From positions 2,144,001 through 2,208,000 of the forward strand of contig CBDAOI010000004.1 in NCBI GenBank assembly GCA_965198005.1: a stretch of 64,000 nucleotides of DNA. Reading direction: 5' to 3'. Shown in pieces: positions 29,303-43,555 of this stretch (the stretch's first letter is position 1; each line of letters starts with the position of its first letter). The notes under the pieces were generated by a model. The model worked only from the letters and a program-made list of their open reading frames with translations. It was not told the DNA's origin and did no database searches. This DNA is from Spirochaetia bacterium (lineage in GTDB: Bacteria; Spirochaetota; Spirochaetia; SZUA-6; Bin103). Made by a program: the position numbers and the translations under genes.

Positions 29303-31045
29303 TTACGCCGCGGCCGCCGGCTCGGCCGTTCCCAGCCGCACCAACGCGTGCTGCCGCCGCGTGGTGGCGAGCCGCTGCAGCACGATCACCGGCAGCACGC
29401 CGATCGCCACGATCAACAATGCCAGCACCGCGGACTCGGCCACCATCTCGTTGCTCGCCAGCCGGAATACCCGCGTCGCCAGGGTCTCCAGATTGAACGG
29501 GCGCAGGATCATGGTCAGCGGCAATTCCTTGAGCATGTCCACCACCAGCAGCACCGCGGCGCTGATCAGGGCCGGCCGCAGGTTGGGGATCCCCACCCGC
29601 AGCAGGGCTTGGCGCGGGCGCAGGCCGGACGCGCGCGCCACCTCGTCGAAACGGGTCGTCACGCGGCAGAAGCCGGAGTCGATGGTGTGGTAGCCCACGG
29701 CAAAGAAGCGCACCACGTAGGCCGCCAACAGCGCGGCCACGCCGCCGGTGATGATCAGTCCCGGCGACATTCCGAACAGCCAGCGGGCAGCCGCGATCAG
29801 GCGGTGATCGACCCACGTATAGGCGGTCGCGATGCCGACGGCGAGCACCGCGGCCGGAATCGCGTAGCCGACCGTGGCGAGCCGCGCCATCGACGAAACC
29901 CAGGGCCCGGACCGCAGGCGCGCCGCGTACGCCACCGTTACCGCCAGGACGATGATCATCAGCGCGGCGCCGGCGGCCAGACCGACGCTGGCGCCCAGCG
30001 CAGCGAGCGTCTGCGGGCGCAACAACTGCCCGGGGGCCGCCGCCGCCCACCAGAAGAGCTGCGCGACCGGCACCGCGAATCCCAGCAGCACCGGGGCGGC
30101 GCACGCCAGCGTGGCGCCGGCGGCCGCCCGCCCGCGCAGCCGTTGGCGCAGCAACGGCCGTTCCACCAGGCCGGGGGCGTGGTACCGGGCCCGGCGCCGC
30201 TGCCAGCACTCGCCGAAAACGATCAGTCCCACCACCAGCAGCAGCACCGCGGACAGGGCCAGCGCGGCCTGCACGTTGCCCAGCGCAAACCAGGCGCGAA
30301 AGATGCCGATGGTGAGGGTGTCCACCCCGAAGTAGTGCGCGGCACCGAACTCGCCCAGCGTCTCCATCGCGACCAGCATCACGCCGGCGACGATGGCCGG
30401 CCGCGCCAGCGGCAGCACCGCCCCGAAGAAGGTGCCGGTGGCCGAGTAGCCCGCGCCGCGCGCCAGCTCCAGCAACGCCGCGCTCTGGCGCGCGAACACC
30501 GCGCGCGCGGTGAGGTACACGTACGGGTAGACGGTGAACGCGAGCACGCAGCTCAACCCGACCGGATTCTGGATATCCACGGTCGGGTAGGTTCCCGGAG
30601 CCAGCTTCAGGGTGTTGCGCAGGAACAACTGAACCGGTCCGGTGAAGTCGACCAGCCCCACGTACGCGAACGCCGCGATGTAGGTGGGCAGCGCCAGCGG
30701 CAGCACCAGCAGCCAGCTCAGCGCCGCACGCCCCGGGAACTGGAACGCGGTCGTCAGCCACGCCGTCGCCACGCCGATCAGCCCGGCCAGCGCGGCTACC
30801 ACCACCACCAGCGTCACCGTGTTGAACAGGTAGCGCAGCAGCACCGTCTGCGCCAAGTGGCGGACTTCCTCGCCGCCCAGGGCAGTCACGTGCGCCGCCA
30901 CCACCAGCAGGGGAACGCCGATCAGCCCGGCCAGGAGCGCCGGGCCGAACAACCACACGCGTGAACTGGCCCGCTGCGGGACCAGGCGCCGGGCCACGGA
31001 GCGCACTGCCGCGACGCCCGACACGGCCGAAAACGTTCTAATCAT
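29303..31045 (-). CDS. Fe3+ ABC transporter permease (FbpB-like)
   Basis: Duplicated permease domains; LPLALPTYIAAFAY, KELPLTMILRPFNLETLA. Confidence 0.92.
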   Translation of the reverse strand: MIRTFSAVSGVAAVRSVARRLVPQRASSRVWLFGPALLAGLIGVPLLVVAAHVTALGGEEVRHLAQTVLLRYLFNTVTLVVVVAALAGLIGVATAWLTTAFQFPGRAALSWLLVLPLALPTYIAAFAYVGLVDFTGPVQLFLRNTLKLAPGTYPTVDIQNPVGLSCVLAFTVYPYVYLTARAVFARQSAALLELARGAGYSATGTFFGAVLPLARPAIVAGVMLVAMETLGEFGAAHYFGVDTLTIGIFRAWFALGNVQAALALSAVLLLVVGLIVFGECWQRRRARYHAPGLVERPLLRQRLRGRAAAGATLACAAPVLLGFAVPVAQLFWWAAAAPGQLLRPQTLAALGASVGLAAGAALMIIVLAVTVAYAARLRSGPWVSSMARLATVGYAIPAAVLAVGIATAYTWVDHRLIAAARWLFGMSPGLIITGGVAALLAAYVVRFFAVGYHTIDSGFCRVTTRFDEVARASGLRPRQALLRVGIPNLRPALISAAVLLVVDMLKELPLTMILRPFNLETLATRVFRLASNEMVAESAVLALLIVAIGVLPVIVLQRLATTRRQHALVRLGTAEPAAAA

Positions 31046-31160
31046 CCGAATTCATCCAAATTCATCCGAATCCTGGTGAATAGTCATGAAGATGGATTAA
31101 CTATGTCAAGTCCAATGAATAAGTCGAACGGATATTTATCGAATTTATCGAATTTATCGG
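31042..31160. repeat. AT-rich short tandem repeats in the Fe-ABC upstream region
   Basis: 3x TCATCC(G/A)AAT at 31042-31071 and 3x ATTTATCG(A/G) at 31134-31160; minus-strand TTGACA at 31104-31109. Confidence 0.8.
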
Positions 31161-31181
31161 CTGTTGGTGGCTCTCCCGGCC

Positions 31182-32912
31182 TCAGTAGCTGGTCAATGGG
31201 CTGGTAACGTCCTTGAACGACACGCGGAACGAGGTGACCACGTCGATCACCGTCGTGACCGTTGCCGGTAGCGCCGTGGCCAGAGCTTCCGCCAACTGGT
31301 CCGGTGTTTCGACCCGGATCCCGTTGCACCCCATCGACCGGGCGATCGCGGCGAAGTCCATCGGGGCGAAGTCGCTCGCGATGACCCGTTCGCTCTGGCC
31401 GTGCTTGACCCAGCCGAGCGCGCTGTTGTTCAGCACCACCACGGTAATCGGGATATCCTCGTCGCGCGAGGTCAGCAGGCCGTTCATACCCATCCCGAAG
31501 CCGCCGTCTCCGGTAACTGCGACCACCTGCCGCCCAGGATGGACCAACTTGGCAGCCATTGCCGCGGGCAGCGAGTAGCCCATCGCGCCGATGCCCGGCA
31601 TGATCAGCGACCCCGCGCTCTTGGTGCGGAAGAAGTGGGTCATGAACAACCGGTTCTCGCCCGCGTCGCAGGTAATGAAGGCATCGTCGGCGATCGCCCG
31701 GTGGATTTCGGCGAACACCCGCTGCGGCAGGATCGGAAGCTCGTCCGATTCGTATTCCGGATCGGCAAACAACCCGTCGGCGCGGCGGGTTTCGTCCGCC
31801 GCCGCCTGGCGGGTGGCGCGCACTGCGGCGGACGGCGCGCCCGCCCGCGTCACCGCCTCGGCAAGCTGCGCCAGCACCAGCGCGGCGTCCCCGACCACGC
31901 CCTGATCGCAGGGGAACGACCAGCCCACGTTCTTGGGCTCGACGTCGACCTGAACCAGCGTCTGCCGGCTGGGATCGAGCAGCGCAGGGTTCTCATTGGC
32001 GGTGTCGGCGGGACCGAGCCGGGTGCCGACCGCAAGCACCAGATCCGCGTTGCCGATCACGGTGTTCGCCGCCGTCTGCCCGAAGTTGCCGAACACGCCC
32101 AGCGCCAGCGGATGGGTCTCGGGAAACACCCCCTTGCCGGAAGCGGTGGTGGCCACCGGCGCGGCGAGCAGCTCCGCCAGGGCGGCGAGCTCGGCATACG
32201 CCTGACTGACACGCACGCCGTTGCCGGCGATCACGACCGGCCGCTGGGCGGCCGCCAGCAAGGACGCCGCCGCCTCGACCTGTCCCGGGTCGGCCTGGGT
32301 CTTCGCCGGCAGATAGGCGGCGGTCGGATAGAGCGCCGGCCGACTGTCCGGGCCGACCGTGCCGCCCAGGGCCGCGCTGTGATAGATCACCCCGACCGGG
32401 CCGCGTTCCCCGCTCAGCGCGTGCTTGATGGCGAGCTGGGTGACGTGCACCGCCTCGACCGGGGTATAGGCGACGGCAGTGTGCTTGGTGACGCCGTCCA
32501 GCGCCTTTCTGGTGTCGAACGAGCCGTAATCGCCGGTGCCGCCCTGGTAGGGAGAGTGCTGCGTGAACGGCGCCTGATCGGAGAGATCCGTCAGCAGCAG
32601 CATGGGTGAGCTGCCCATGTGCGCCTCCAGGGTGCCCAGCAGAGCGTTGGCCAGAATGAAGGCCCCCTGCCCTATCGCGACGCCCGGCTTGCCGGTCAGG
32701 CGGCCGTACACCTCGGCCATGACGCTGGCCAGCTGCTCATGCCGCACCAGCACCGCACGAATCGACGACCGGTGATCGTACAGCGCATCATAGATGCTCC
32801 CGGTGTTGCCCCCGATGATCCCGAATACCATATCGATGCCGGCGCCCTGCAGCGCGCGCACGATCCCCTCGACCGAACGAACCTCTTCCTGTAACAGCTT
32901 CTGTGTTGCCAC
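31182..32912 (-). CDS. Thiamine-pyrophosphate-binding enzyme (acetolactate synthase-like)
   Basis: VRHEQ, GDGGFGM...NNSALGWV. Confidence 0.9.
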   Translation of the reverse strand: MATQKLLQEEVRSVEGIVRALQGAGIDMVFGIIGGNTGSIYDALYDHRSSIRAVLVRHEQLASVMAEVYGRLTGKPGVAIGQGAFILANALLGTLEAHMGSSPMLLLTDLSDQAPFTQHSPYQGGTGDYGSFDTRKALDGVTKHTAVAYTPVEAVHVTQLAIKHALSGERGPVGVIYHSAALGGTVGPDSRPALYPTAAYLPAKTQADPGQVEAAASLLAAAQRPVVIAGNGVRVSQAYAELAALAELLAAPVATTASGKGVFPETHPLALGVFGNFGQTAANTVIGNADLVLAVGTRLGPADTANENPALLDPSRQTLVQVDVEPKNVGWSFPCDQGVVGDAALVLAQLAEAVTRAGAPSAAVRATRQAAADETRRADGLFADPEYESDELPILPQRVFAEIHRAIADDAFITCDAGENRLFMTHFFRTKSAGSLIMPGIGAMGYSLPAAMAAKLVHPGRQVVAVTGDGGFGMGMNGLLTSRDEDIPITVVVLNNSALGWVKHGQSERVIASDFAPMDFAAIARSMGCNGIRVETPDQLAEALATALPATVTTVIDVVTSFRVSFKDVTSPLTSY

Positions 32913-32964
32913 CCTACCCTTCCTGTTGCGAATTATTGCGTCACGCTATATCAAATTGTCGACT

Positions 32965-32996
32965 TGGTAAACCGGGTGGCTCCAGTATGGTTTACC
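32965..32996. promoter_or_regulatory. Paired palindromic operators (GntR/FadR-like)
   Basis: GGTAAACC (32966-32973) and GGTTTACC (32989-32996) upstream of the TPP enzyme. Confidence 0.35.
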
Positions 32997-33089
32997 TATC
33001 GATCCCGCAGCCGGCGATAGACTTCGAGACGCACTGCAACGCATAATGACAACCATGTCGTTCATGCTGCCCCCGCGTTCGTTGGCAAC

Positions 33090-36557
<3,468 letters not shown>

Positions 36558-36622
36558 GCCGCAAGCGACGTTCCGCCGCCCCCGCGGAAGAAAGGGGGAG
36601 CGGAGCCGTCGGAGAGGTGTAC

Positions 36623-36844
36623 GTGAGCGCAGAGCTGATCGGAATAATTGCCGCGCCGATCGTCCTCGGTACCGCCATGCTCGCGTCGATACGCAGCGTC
36701 CGCCACGACGTGCGCGGCGTCCGCGACGAGCTACGAGGCGAGATTCACGGCCTCCGCAACGAAATGAACTCCTTCCTATCCCATTTGCGTCGTTATTCTC
36801 CGCGCCAGATGGTCGAAGTCTTCATGGCACTTCTGTCGAATTGA
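36623..36844 (+). pseudogene. Truncated small TM + coiled-coil protein
   Basis: RBS GGAGAGG, GTG 36623; SAELIGIIAAPIVLGTAML then heptads; runs into the antisense of the next gene at ~36775. Confidence 0.5.
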
Positions 36845-37342
36845 GGCTACTCTCCGAGAGGCCTCCTCTCCCAACGGACCACGTCCACGGCCCGGATCAT
36901 TGGCCACACCCCGTTCTCGAGCAAGCACGGCAAAGTATCGCTCCTTCACGGATACTTCACTGCGGACGTCGGACCACCTCCAGTCGCTAGGGAGATCAAG
37001 ACCGGCGAGGACCCAGGTTTCCAACTCCTCCCACGCATTTTCGGCAAGGAACCGTCGGGGCAGGTTACCGAACTCTTTTTCGATTTGGTCGAGACGCCGG
37101 CGCCGCGAAGCAACACCGTCCCGGTCAACGCACAGGATGAACAGATCGGTCATCCCATCATACTGTTCGACGATTTCCGCCACCCGTTCTGACTTCAACG
37201 CCTCATCAACGCCTCCAAGCAACGGATCCGTGCACACCGTGACGGTCGCCCGCACACTCAGAGATCGGAACAACCGCTGGAAAAGAGGCCTGAGAATATA
37301 CTGATCATTCCGAAAGTCCTCAGGAATAATGAGGACGTTCAT
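36776..37342 (-). CDS. TOPRIM-like protein (DUF4276/RloB-like), partner of the ABC ATPase
   Basis: N-terminal IIPED, DLFILCVDRDG (DxD), ELETWVLAG; 4-bp overlap with the ATPase. Confidence 0.7.
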   Translation of the reverse strand: MNVLIIPEDFRNDQYILRPLFQRLFRSLSVRATVTVCTDPLLGGVDEALKSERVAEIVEQYDGMTDLFILCVDRDGVASRRRRLDQIEKEFGNLPRRFLAENAWEELETWVLAGLDLPSDWRWSDVRSEVSVKERYFAVLARERGVANDPGRGRGPLGEEASRRVASIRQKCHEDFDHLARRITTQMG

Positions 37343-38613
37343 CTAGAGTTTTCTCCATCCTTGCTCAGGTCGAACAGGACCGCGTTCTCCATCCAGCCGG
37401 ACCGGTGGAGCCGTCCCAGTCCCTGCGACCGGCGTAACTTGACGGCGTTGGGTAACTTCGAGACCGGAAGTACCACGGCATCGTCGGTATCCGGACGCCG
37501 GCACACAACGGACGTGTTCTCGAACGTGTCGGTGCCCACCAGTTCGATCAGGTCGGGTGAATGGGTAGTGGTAACCACCTGGTACTCGCCGTTTGAAGTC
37601 TGGCCTTCGATCAGGTCGATCAGTAACTGCTGACGTGACGGATGAATCCCGTTATCGATCTCTTCGAACACGTAGAGGCCGGCCGGATTGGTCCCGAGCA
37701 GGGCCGCCAGCATCGCGAGAAAGCGCAGCGTCCCATCCGATGCGGAATAGGCGGACACCCTGTTGCCGTTCCGTTCGCAAAAGACGAGCTGGACGTGCCC
37801 GGTAGTCGGATCGGTCGGAAACTCGAAGTCGTGCACGTCCATCGGCGTCAGGGCTCGGGTCCATTCCGCCAGTGTGATCTTGCGCCGTTCGTCCGTGCAA
37901 ATCTCTTTCAGTACGGTAGACAGATTCCCACCGCTATCGCCCAGTACGGTCTGGCCTGGAAACGCGGGTTGCCTCATACTGTTTGGCGACAAATCCAAGA
38001 AACGCATGTCGGCAAGGATCTTCATGACCCGCTCCGCCCATATCTTATGGAGCCTTACAACACGTTTGTGTTCTCCAATCTGTGCCAGCGCCGGCTGGTC
38101 CGACCGCACCGCGATTCGGTGGCCGTATTTTTTCTGCTCTCCGGTCTTTGCCATGCGAAGCAGGAGATGGTTTTCGTGATCCTGATCGTGAACCGGATCG
38201 TACTTTCCGGGATGGCTCGTGTAAATCGGAGATCCGGCTAATTTCAGTTGTTCCGCGATTACCTTGAATGATCCGGATTCTGCTCTGTCCATCCGAACCA
38301 CGATCACGTAGGTCACCGTACTGCCATTCAGGGCAAGTCTCAACGACAGAGTGAATTGGGAGTGGCCGAAGCGCACCAGTTCCCTGGCCGTGCCTCGAAT
38401 CTGCTCCCACTCAACGTGACCGCCGGCCCCGTACTTACCGCCAATGATGTCGGCCAGAGTGTACCCTCGCCCAATGCCGTGCAGGAATCTGAACGCGTCA
38501 CGGAGGTTGCTCTTGCCGCTCGCGTTGGCGCCCACGATCACGGTGAACGGGCCCATGCGTACCGTTGCGTCGGGAAAGTTTTTGAAGTTGATCAGACGAA
38601 GCGCAGTGATCAT
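37339..38613 (-). CDS. ABC/AAA_21-type ATPase
   Basis: LINFKNF, GANASGKSN, SDGTLRF, FEEIDNGIHP, TTHSP; lower GC. Confidence 0.9.
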   Translation of the reverse strand: MITALRLINFKNFPDATVRMGPFTVIVGANASGKSNLRDAFRFLHGIGRGYTLADIIGGKYGAGGHVEWEQIRGTARELVRFGHSQFTLSLRLALNGSTVTYVIVVRMDRAESGSFKVIAEQLKLAGSPIYTSHPGKYDPVHDQDHENHLLLRMAKTGEQKKYGHRIAVRSDQPALAQIGEHKRVVRLHKIWAERVMKILADMRFLDLSPNSMRQPAFPGQTVLGDSGGNLSTVLKEICTDERRKITLAEWTRALTPMDVHDFEFPTDPTTGHVQLVFCERNGNRVSAYSASDGTLRFLAMLAALLGTNPAGLYVFEEIDNGIHPSRQQLLIDLIEGQTSNGEYQVVTTTHSPDLIELVGTDTFENTSVVCRRPDTDDAVVLPVSKLPNAVKLRRSQGLGRLHRSGWMENAVLFDLSKDGENSR

Positions 38614-38719
38614 GGGCGTCGGTGCGGGTGCGTCGGCGGCATACCGGAAGTCATGGCGCAGATTATACCGTAAGGCCAACCAACTAGTCTGGCAACGGCA
38701 CCGTCGAGGTGGACGGGCG

Positions 38720-40375
38720 TCAGCCTTCGGCTTTCCCCAGCAGCTTCGCCTCTTCCTTCTTGATCTCGTCCATCAGCACGACCAGGTCGAGGACGTCATG
38801 GCTCGCTACGGTACCCAGGAACGCACCCGATTTCCGGTCGGTGACCGGGATCACGCCCAGCGAGTTGGCCGCCATCCGTTCCAGCACGTCGACGATATAC
38901 TCGTCCGGCCAGGCCCACGGCAGGTTCAGCCGGAGCGCGTCGCGCAACGGCGTGGCCGCCCATGAATCGTGGGGAATGGCGCGCAGCCGGGCCAGGGATA
39001 CGACTCCCGCCACCTCGCCCTCGCTGACCACCACGTAGTCCTGCTGATCGGGCATCAGCCAGTCGTCCATGAAGCCCTGCACCGACAGGGACGCCTCCGG
39101 ATAGGGCCGCGTCCGGTCCAGCACGCTGCTGACCTTGACGCCGTCGAGGGCGTAGCGGGCGTAGGACGGCGTGACCACCGGCGCCGGCACGGCTCGATCC
39201 GCCGTCCTGGCGCGCTTGACCGTGAAGTCGATCACAGGCGGCATCAACAGGATGTAGCCGAACATGATCAGCACGAACAGAGAGAACACGTCCTGCGCAA
39301 TCACGCCGCTCTCGAGCAGGACCAGCAGCAAGGCGATCTCGGCCACGCCCTTCGACATCAGCCCCGTTGCCAGCGTGAACGGCGCGTCCAGACGGGTCAG
39401 GTAGGTGCTCAGGAATGCGCCGACGAACTTTCCCGCCAGGGGGATCAGCACCAGCGCGACAATCGTCGCGGCCGGAATGGAGGTGAACGACAGATCGAAC
39501 TGCAGGCCCGCCGAGGCGAAGAACAGTGGCACGAACAGGCCCTCGGACGCGCTGCGCATGCCCGGGATGATGTCCCGCCGCACCCGCTGCGGCATGCCCG
39601 ACAGGGCGATACCGAACAGCAGGGCGCCGATCGTGCCGTGCAGGCCGATCTTTTCGGCCCCTACCACCACCAGAAACAGGCCGCCGATCAGCAGCCCGAA
39701 CGAGAGTTCCGGCACGTTCAGCAGGCGCTGCAGGAACAGGATCACCGGCGGCAGCACCCGCGTCGACAGAATCCACATCACGATCACGAAGCCCGCGATC
39801 TGCAGCAACAGCACCGGCACGCCGATCAGGCTGAAGTCGTGATGCTCGCCGATGGTGAACCCCACCACCAGCAGCGCGGTCACCTCCGCAATGATCACGA
39901 CCGTGAAGATCTTGAGCCCGATCGGCTCCTTGAGATGGCCGCCGTCGGCCAGCACCTTGGCCACCAGACCGAGGCTGGACAGCGACAGGATGCCCGCCAG
40001 CGCCAACGCCTCCGTGAAGCCGAGGCCGAGCGCGAACTCAAGGCCCAGGGGATCCGAAGTCACGATCATGGCGGTCAGCAGCGAGATGACCACCGACACG
40101 ACGGCGGCCACGAAGTAGCGGCCGCGGATGGTGGCCATGAAGCCCGGCAGGTCGATCTCGTCAAGACCGATCAGAAAGAACAGCACGAAGATGCCGATGC
40201 CGAGAAACAACTGGATCTCGGTAGTCGGCTCGACGATGCCGAGGACCGGGCCGAGCACGACTCCGGTCACCGTATAGGCCAGGATCGAGCTGAGACCGAA
40301 CCGGCTCAGCACTCCCTCGACCAGCTTGGCGACGACTATCAGCAGGCCGAGCGGAAGCAGGACTTCCAGTAACAT
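38720..40375 (-). CDS. Cation:proton antiporter (CPA2) with C-terminal CBS domains
   Basis: About 12 TM; GLFVPLFFASAG, KGVAEIA; CBS-like C-terminus. Confidence 0.88.
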   Translation of the reverse strand: MLLEVLLPLGLLIVVAKLVEGVLSRFGLSSILAYTVTGVVLGPVLGIVEPTTEIQLFLGIGIFVLFFLIGLDEIDLPGFMATIRGRYFVAAVVSVVISLLTAMIVTSDPLGLEFALGLGFTEALALAGILSLSSLGLVAKVLADGGHLKEPIGLKIFTVVIIAEVTALLVVGFTIGEHHDFSLIGVPVLLLQIAGFVIVMWILSTRVLPPVILFLQRLLNVPELSFGLLIGGLFLVVVGAEKIGLHGTIGALLFGIALSGMPQRVRRDIIPGMRSASEGLFVPLFFASAGLQFDLSFTSIPAATIVALVLIPLAGKFVGAFLSTYLTRLDAPFTLATGLMSKGVAEIALLLVLLESGVIAQDVFSLFVLIMFGYILLMPPVIDFTVKRARTADRAVPAPVVTPSYARYALDGVKVSSVLDRTRPYPEASLSVQGFMDDWLMPDQQDYVVVSEGEVAGVVSLARLRAIPHDSWAATPLRDALRLNLPWAWPDEYIVDVLERMAANSLGVIPVTDRKSGAFLGTVASHDVLDLVVLMDEIKKEEAKLLGKAEG

Positions 40376-40409
40376 CGCGCCTTCACCATAGGATAAAGTG
40401 GACGGCGGG

Positions 40410-41321
40410 TCATGCAAAAGGACCCGGCGGCTCGAAGTCGGGCGGGAGCGGTGCCTCGAAGGTGGATGCGGTTGCCGCTGCGGGCAGCGTGACCGTCAGA
40501 CGGCGGGCGTGCAGCAGCAGGCGCGGCGCCGTGCCGCGGGCGCGTCCCGCGTACAGCGGGTCGCCCAGGATCGGGTGGCCGAGCCAGCGCACGTGCACCC
40601 GGAGCTGGTGGGTGCGCCCGGTGACCGGGCGCAACGCGACCAGCGCCGCATCCGCCCGCCGCGCCAGCACGCGGTAGCGGGTAACGGCCGCCTTGCCCCG
40701 CGAGTCGGACACCCGGAAGCGCAGCGGATCACGCGGGTCGCGCTGCAGCCGGGTCGCAATCCGGCCGGTCGCCGGCAGCGGGTGGCCGGCGACCCACGCA
40801 TGGTAGATCTTCCGTACCCGCCGCGCGCTGAACTGGGCTGCCAGGCACGCATGGGCGGCCGCGTGCCGGGCCACGATGATCACGCCGGAGGTGTCCTTGT
40901 CCAGTCGATGCACGATCCCGGGGCGCAGCGAGTCGGGAAACCGGTCGGCCAGCTCCGGATACCGATACAGCAGGGCATTGACCAGAGTACCGCCGCGATT
41001 GCCGTCGCCCGGATGCACGACCATGCCGCTCGGCTTGTCCACGACCACGACGTTGCGGTCTTCGAACAGGATTCGCAGCGGGATCGGCGCCGGCTCGGCG
41101 TGACGCGGGCGCGGCGGCGTCAGCACCGCCTCCACCCGATCTCCGTTGCCCAACCGAGCACTCGGTTTTGCAGCGTGCCCGTTCACCCGCAAACCCGCGA
41201 GCCGCTGCCTCAGTTGACTGCGTGAAGCGATGTTCACCCGGTCACTCAGAAACCGGTCGGCGCGCAGTCCCGCACCGCCTTCATCCACGACCAACGAAAT
41301 CTCGACCGGGGCGGAGTCCAT
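40410..41321 (-). CDS. rluD: RluA/RluD family pseudouridine synthase
   Basis: S4-like N-terminus, [34 protein letters not shown]. Confidence 0.9.
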   Translation of the reverse strand: MDSAPVEISLVVDEGGAGLRADRFLSDRVNIASRSQLRQRLAGLRVNGHAAKPSARLGNGDRVEAVLTPPRPRHAEPAPIPLRILFEDRNVVVVDKPSGMVVHPGDGNRGGTLVNALLYRYPELADRFPDSLRPGIVHRLDKDTSGVIIVARHAAAHACLAAQFSARRVRKIYHAWVAGHPLPATGRIATRLQRDPRDPLRFRVSDSRGKAAVTRYRVLARRADAALVALRPVTGRTHQLRVHVRWLGHPILGDPLYAGRARGTAPRLLLHARRLTVTLPAAATASTFEAPLPPDFEPPGPFA

Positions 41322-41327
41322 GCCGGC

Positions 41328-41783
41328 TCAGGGGGAGCGGGCCGCAGACCGGTCGTGGGACCTGCGTTCCTCGGCCGCCAGAATCTGGTCCACGATAGCG
41401 ACGCCGAGCGCCACCCCGACGGCCGCCAATGCGATGCCCACCTTTTCCCCGGTGTCGTAGGGATCCACGTCCCAACGGCGCACCAGCGGCACCCGGTCCG
41501 GGTCGAACCCCTCGCCTGCCCAGACCACGTAGTCGTACACCATCGCCGTAAACAGCAGGGCGATCGGGAACACGCCTACGGATACGATCTCGGCCCGCCG
41601 CAGGTCGTGCAGGATGGGCGCGAATTCCGCCGGGTCGTACGGCTCAGGCTCGGGTGGCGACTGCTGGGCCGCCAGGTTCGGAGAAGCGCCGGCCAGCAGC
41701 GCGACCACGGCAATCACGCCCGCGCGCCGCCGGCACGGATCACGCATCCGGTGCACCCGCAGCCAGCGCCGGCGGCTGCTCAC
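41328..41783 (-). CDS. Hypothetical membrane protein
   Basis: [19 protein letters not shown] plus two TM segments; in operon between yggS and rluD. Confidence 0.7.
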   Translation of the reverse strand: MSSRRRWLRVHRMRDPCRRRAGVIAVVALLAGASPNLAAQQSPPEPEPYDPAEFAPILHDLRRAEIVSVGVFPIALLFTAMVYDYVVWAGEGFDPDRVPLVRRWDVDPYDTGEKVGIALAAVGVALGVAIVDQILAAEERRSHDRSAARSP

Positions 41784-42498
41784 GCGGACCGAACAGCGCC
41801 GTGCCGAGCCGGATCAGGGTCGCTCCCTCCTCAATCGCCAACTCGTAGTCCGCGGACATGCCCATCGACAGCGTGTCGAAGCCGTCGCGTCCGGGCGCCA
41901 GCCGCTCGAACAGCCGGCGCAGTCGCTGGAAGCACCGGCGTACGGCGCGTGCGTCGTTGCTCCACACCGCCATGGTCATCAAACCGCGCACGCGAATCCG
42001 ATCCAACTGCGCGATCGCGTCCATCGCCCGCTGCAATTCGGTCTCACTCGCAAACCCATGTTTCGCCGTCTCCCCGGAGGTGTTCAGTTCCAGCAGCAGG
42101 TCCATGCCGCGCCCGCCGGGCTCGTCGGGGTCGCTCGCATCTCGGTGGCGGAGCACCCGGTGCAGCGCCACGGCCGTCTCCACCTTGTCGATCGACTGTA
42201 CCGTATGAAACAGCTCCGCCGCGCGCCGTGCCTTGTTGCGCTGCAGATGGCCGATCAGGTGGAGTTCGGCACCGGGCGGCACGGGGAACAACTTGGCGTC
42301 CGCTTCCTGTACCCGGTTCTCGCCGATCAGGCGCAGGCCGGCCTCAAGCGCGTCCTCCACCCGCGCGCGCGGCTGGGTCTTGGTCACCGCGAGAATGCGT
42401 ATCTCAGCCGGATCCCGCCCGGCGCGCGCGGCCGCCGCGGCCACCCGCTCGCCGGTCAGCGCGAGCCGCTCTCGAAGCTGCTGCGACGCTCGTTCCAT
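41740..42498 (-). CDS. yggS: PLP homeostasis protein YggS
   Basis: [41 protein letters not shown]. Confidence 0.95.
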   Translation of the reverse strand: MERASQQLRERLALTGERVAAAAARAGRDPAEIRILAVTKTQPRARVEDALEAGLRLIGENRVQEADAKLFPVPPGAELHLIGHLQRNKARRAAELFHTVQSIDKVETAVALHRVLRHRDASDPDEPGGRGMDLLLELNTSGETAKHGFASETELQRAMDAIAQLDRIRVRGLMTMAVWSNDARAVRRCFQRLRRLFERLAPGRDGFDTLSMGMSADYELAIEEGATLIRLGTALFGPREQPPALAAGAPDA

Positions 42499-42617
42499 CG
42501 TTTCCGTCGGCACCCAGCTTCCACGGTAGCGCATTCGACCGGTTCTGGCGAGGCCGGTGCGGCTGCCGCCCGCGGGCGCGTTGCCAGCTCCCCAGTCCGC
42601 GCCATATATTGTCCGCG

Positions 42618-43514
42618 ATGGTGAACGGCGACAAGAAAACCGGTACCTGGACGGTGAAGGCCGGACTGGCCCAGATGCTCAAGGGCGGCGTGATCATGGA
42701 CGTGGTGACCGCCGATCATGCGCGGATCGCCGAGGACGCGGGCGCCTGCGCGGTAATGGCGCTCGAGCGCGTACCGGCCGAAATCCGGGCGGCCGGCGGG
42801 GTGGCGCGCATGGCGGACCCCACCAAGATCGCCGAGATCCAGGACGCCGTCACGATCCCGGTCATGGCCAAGTGCCGGATCGGTCACTTCGTCGAGGCCC
42901 AGGTGCTGCAGGCGCTCGGCGTCGACTACATCGATGAATCGGAGGTGTTGACGCCGGCGGACGAGGCCCACCACGTGTGGAAACACGAGTTCTCGGTGCC
43001 GTTCGTGTGCGGTTGCCGAGATCTGGGGGAAGCCCTGCGCCGCATCGCCGAGGGAGCGGCGATGATCCGCACCAAGGGCGAAGCGGGAACCGGCAACGTG
43101 GTCGAAGCGGTCCGCCATGCGCGCGCGGTTCTGAGCGAGATGCGCCGCATCAAGACGTTGGGTGAGGATCAGTTGATGGCGGCCGCCAAGCAGCTCGACG
43201 CCCCGCTGGAGTTGATCCGCGGCGTCCATCGCGACGGCCGGCTGCCGGTCGTGAACTTCGCCGCGGGCGGCATCGCCACGCCGGCCGACGCCGCGCTCTT
43301 GATGCAGCTCGGAGTGGACGGCGTGTTCGTGGGCTCCGGCATCTTCAAGTCCGAGAACCCCGCGCGGATGGCGGATGCGATCGTGCGCGCCACCACCCAT
43401 TACCAGCAGCCGGAGATAGTGGCGGAGGTGTCGCGCGGCCTCGGGGCCGCGATGCCGGGGATCGACCTCAACGAGCTGCCCGCGGCCGAGCACCTGGCCA
43501 TACGCGGCTGGTAG
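42618..43514 (+). CDS. pdxS: PLP synthase subunit PdxS
   Basis: [41 protein letters not shown]. Confidence 0.97.
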   Translation: MVNGDKKTGTWTVKAGLAQMLKGGVIMDVVTADHARIAEDAGACAVMALERVPAEIRAAGGVARMADPTKIAEIQDAVTIPVMAKCRIGHFVEAQVLQALGVDYIDESEVLTPADEAHHVWKHEFSVPFVCGCRDLGEALRRIAEGAAMIRTKGEAGTGNVVEAVRHARAVLSEMRRIKTLGEDQLMAAAKQLDAPLELIRGVHRDGRLPVVNFAAGGIATPADAALLMQLGVDGVFVGSGIFKSENPARMADAIVRATTHYQQPEIVAEVSRGLGAAMPGIDLNELPAAEHLAIRGW

Positions 43515-43555
43515 CGCAACCACCGGCGCGCCCAACCGCGGCTGACGTTCGTCCG

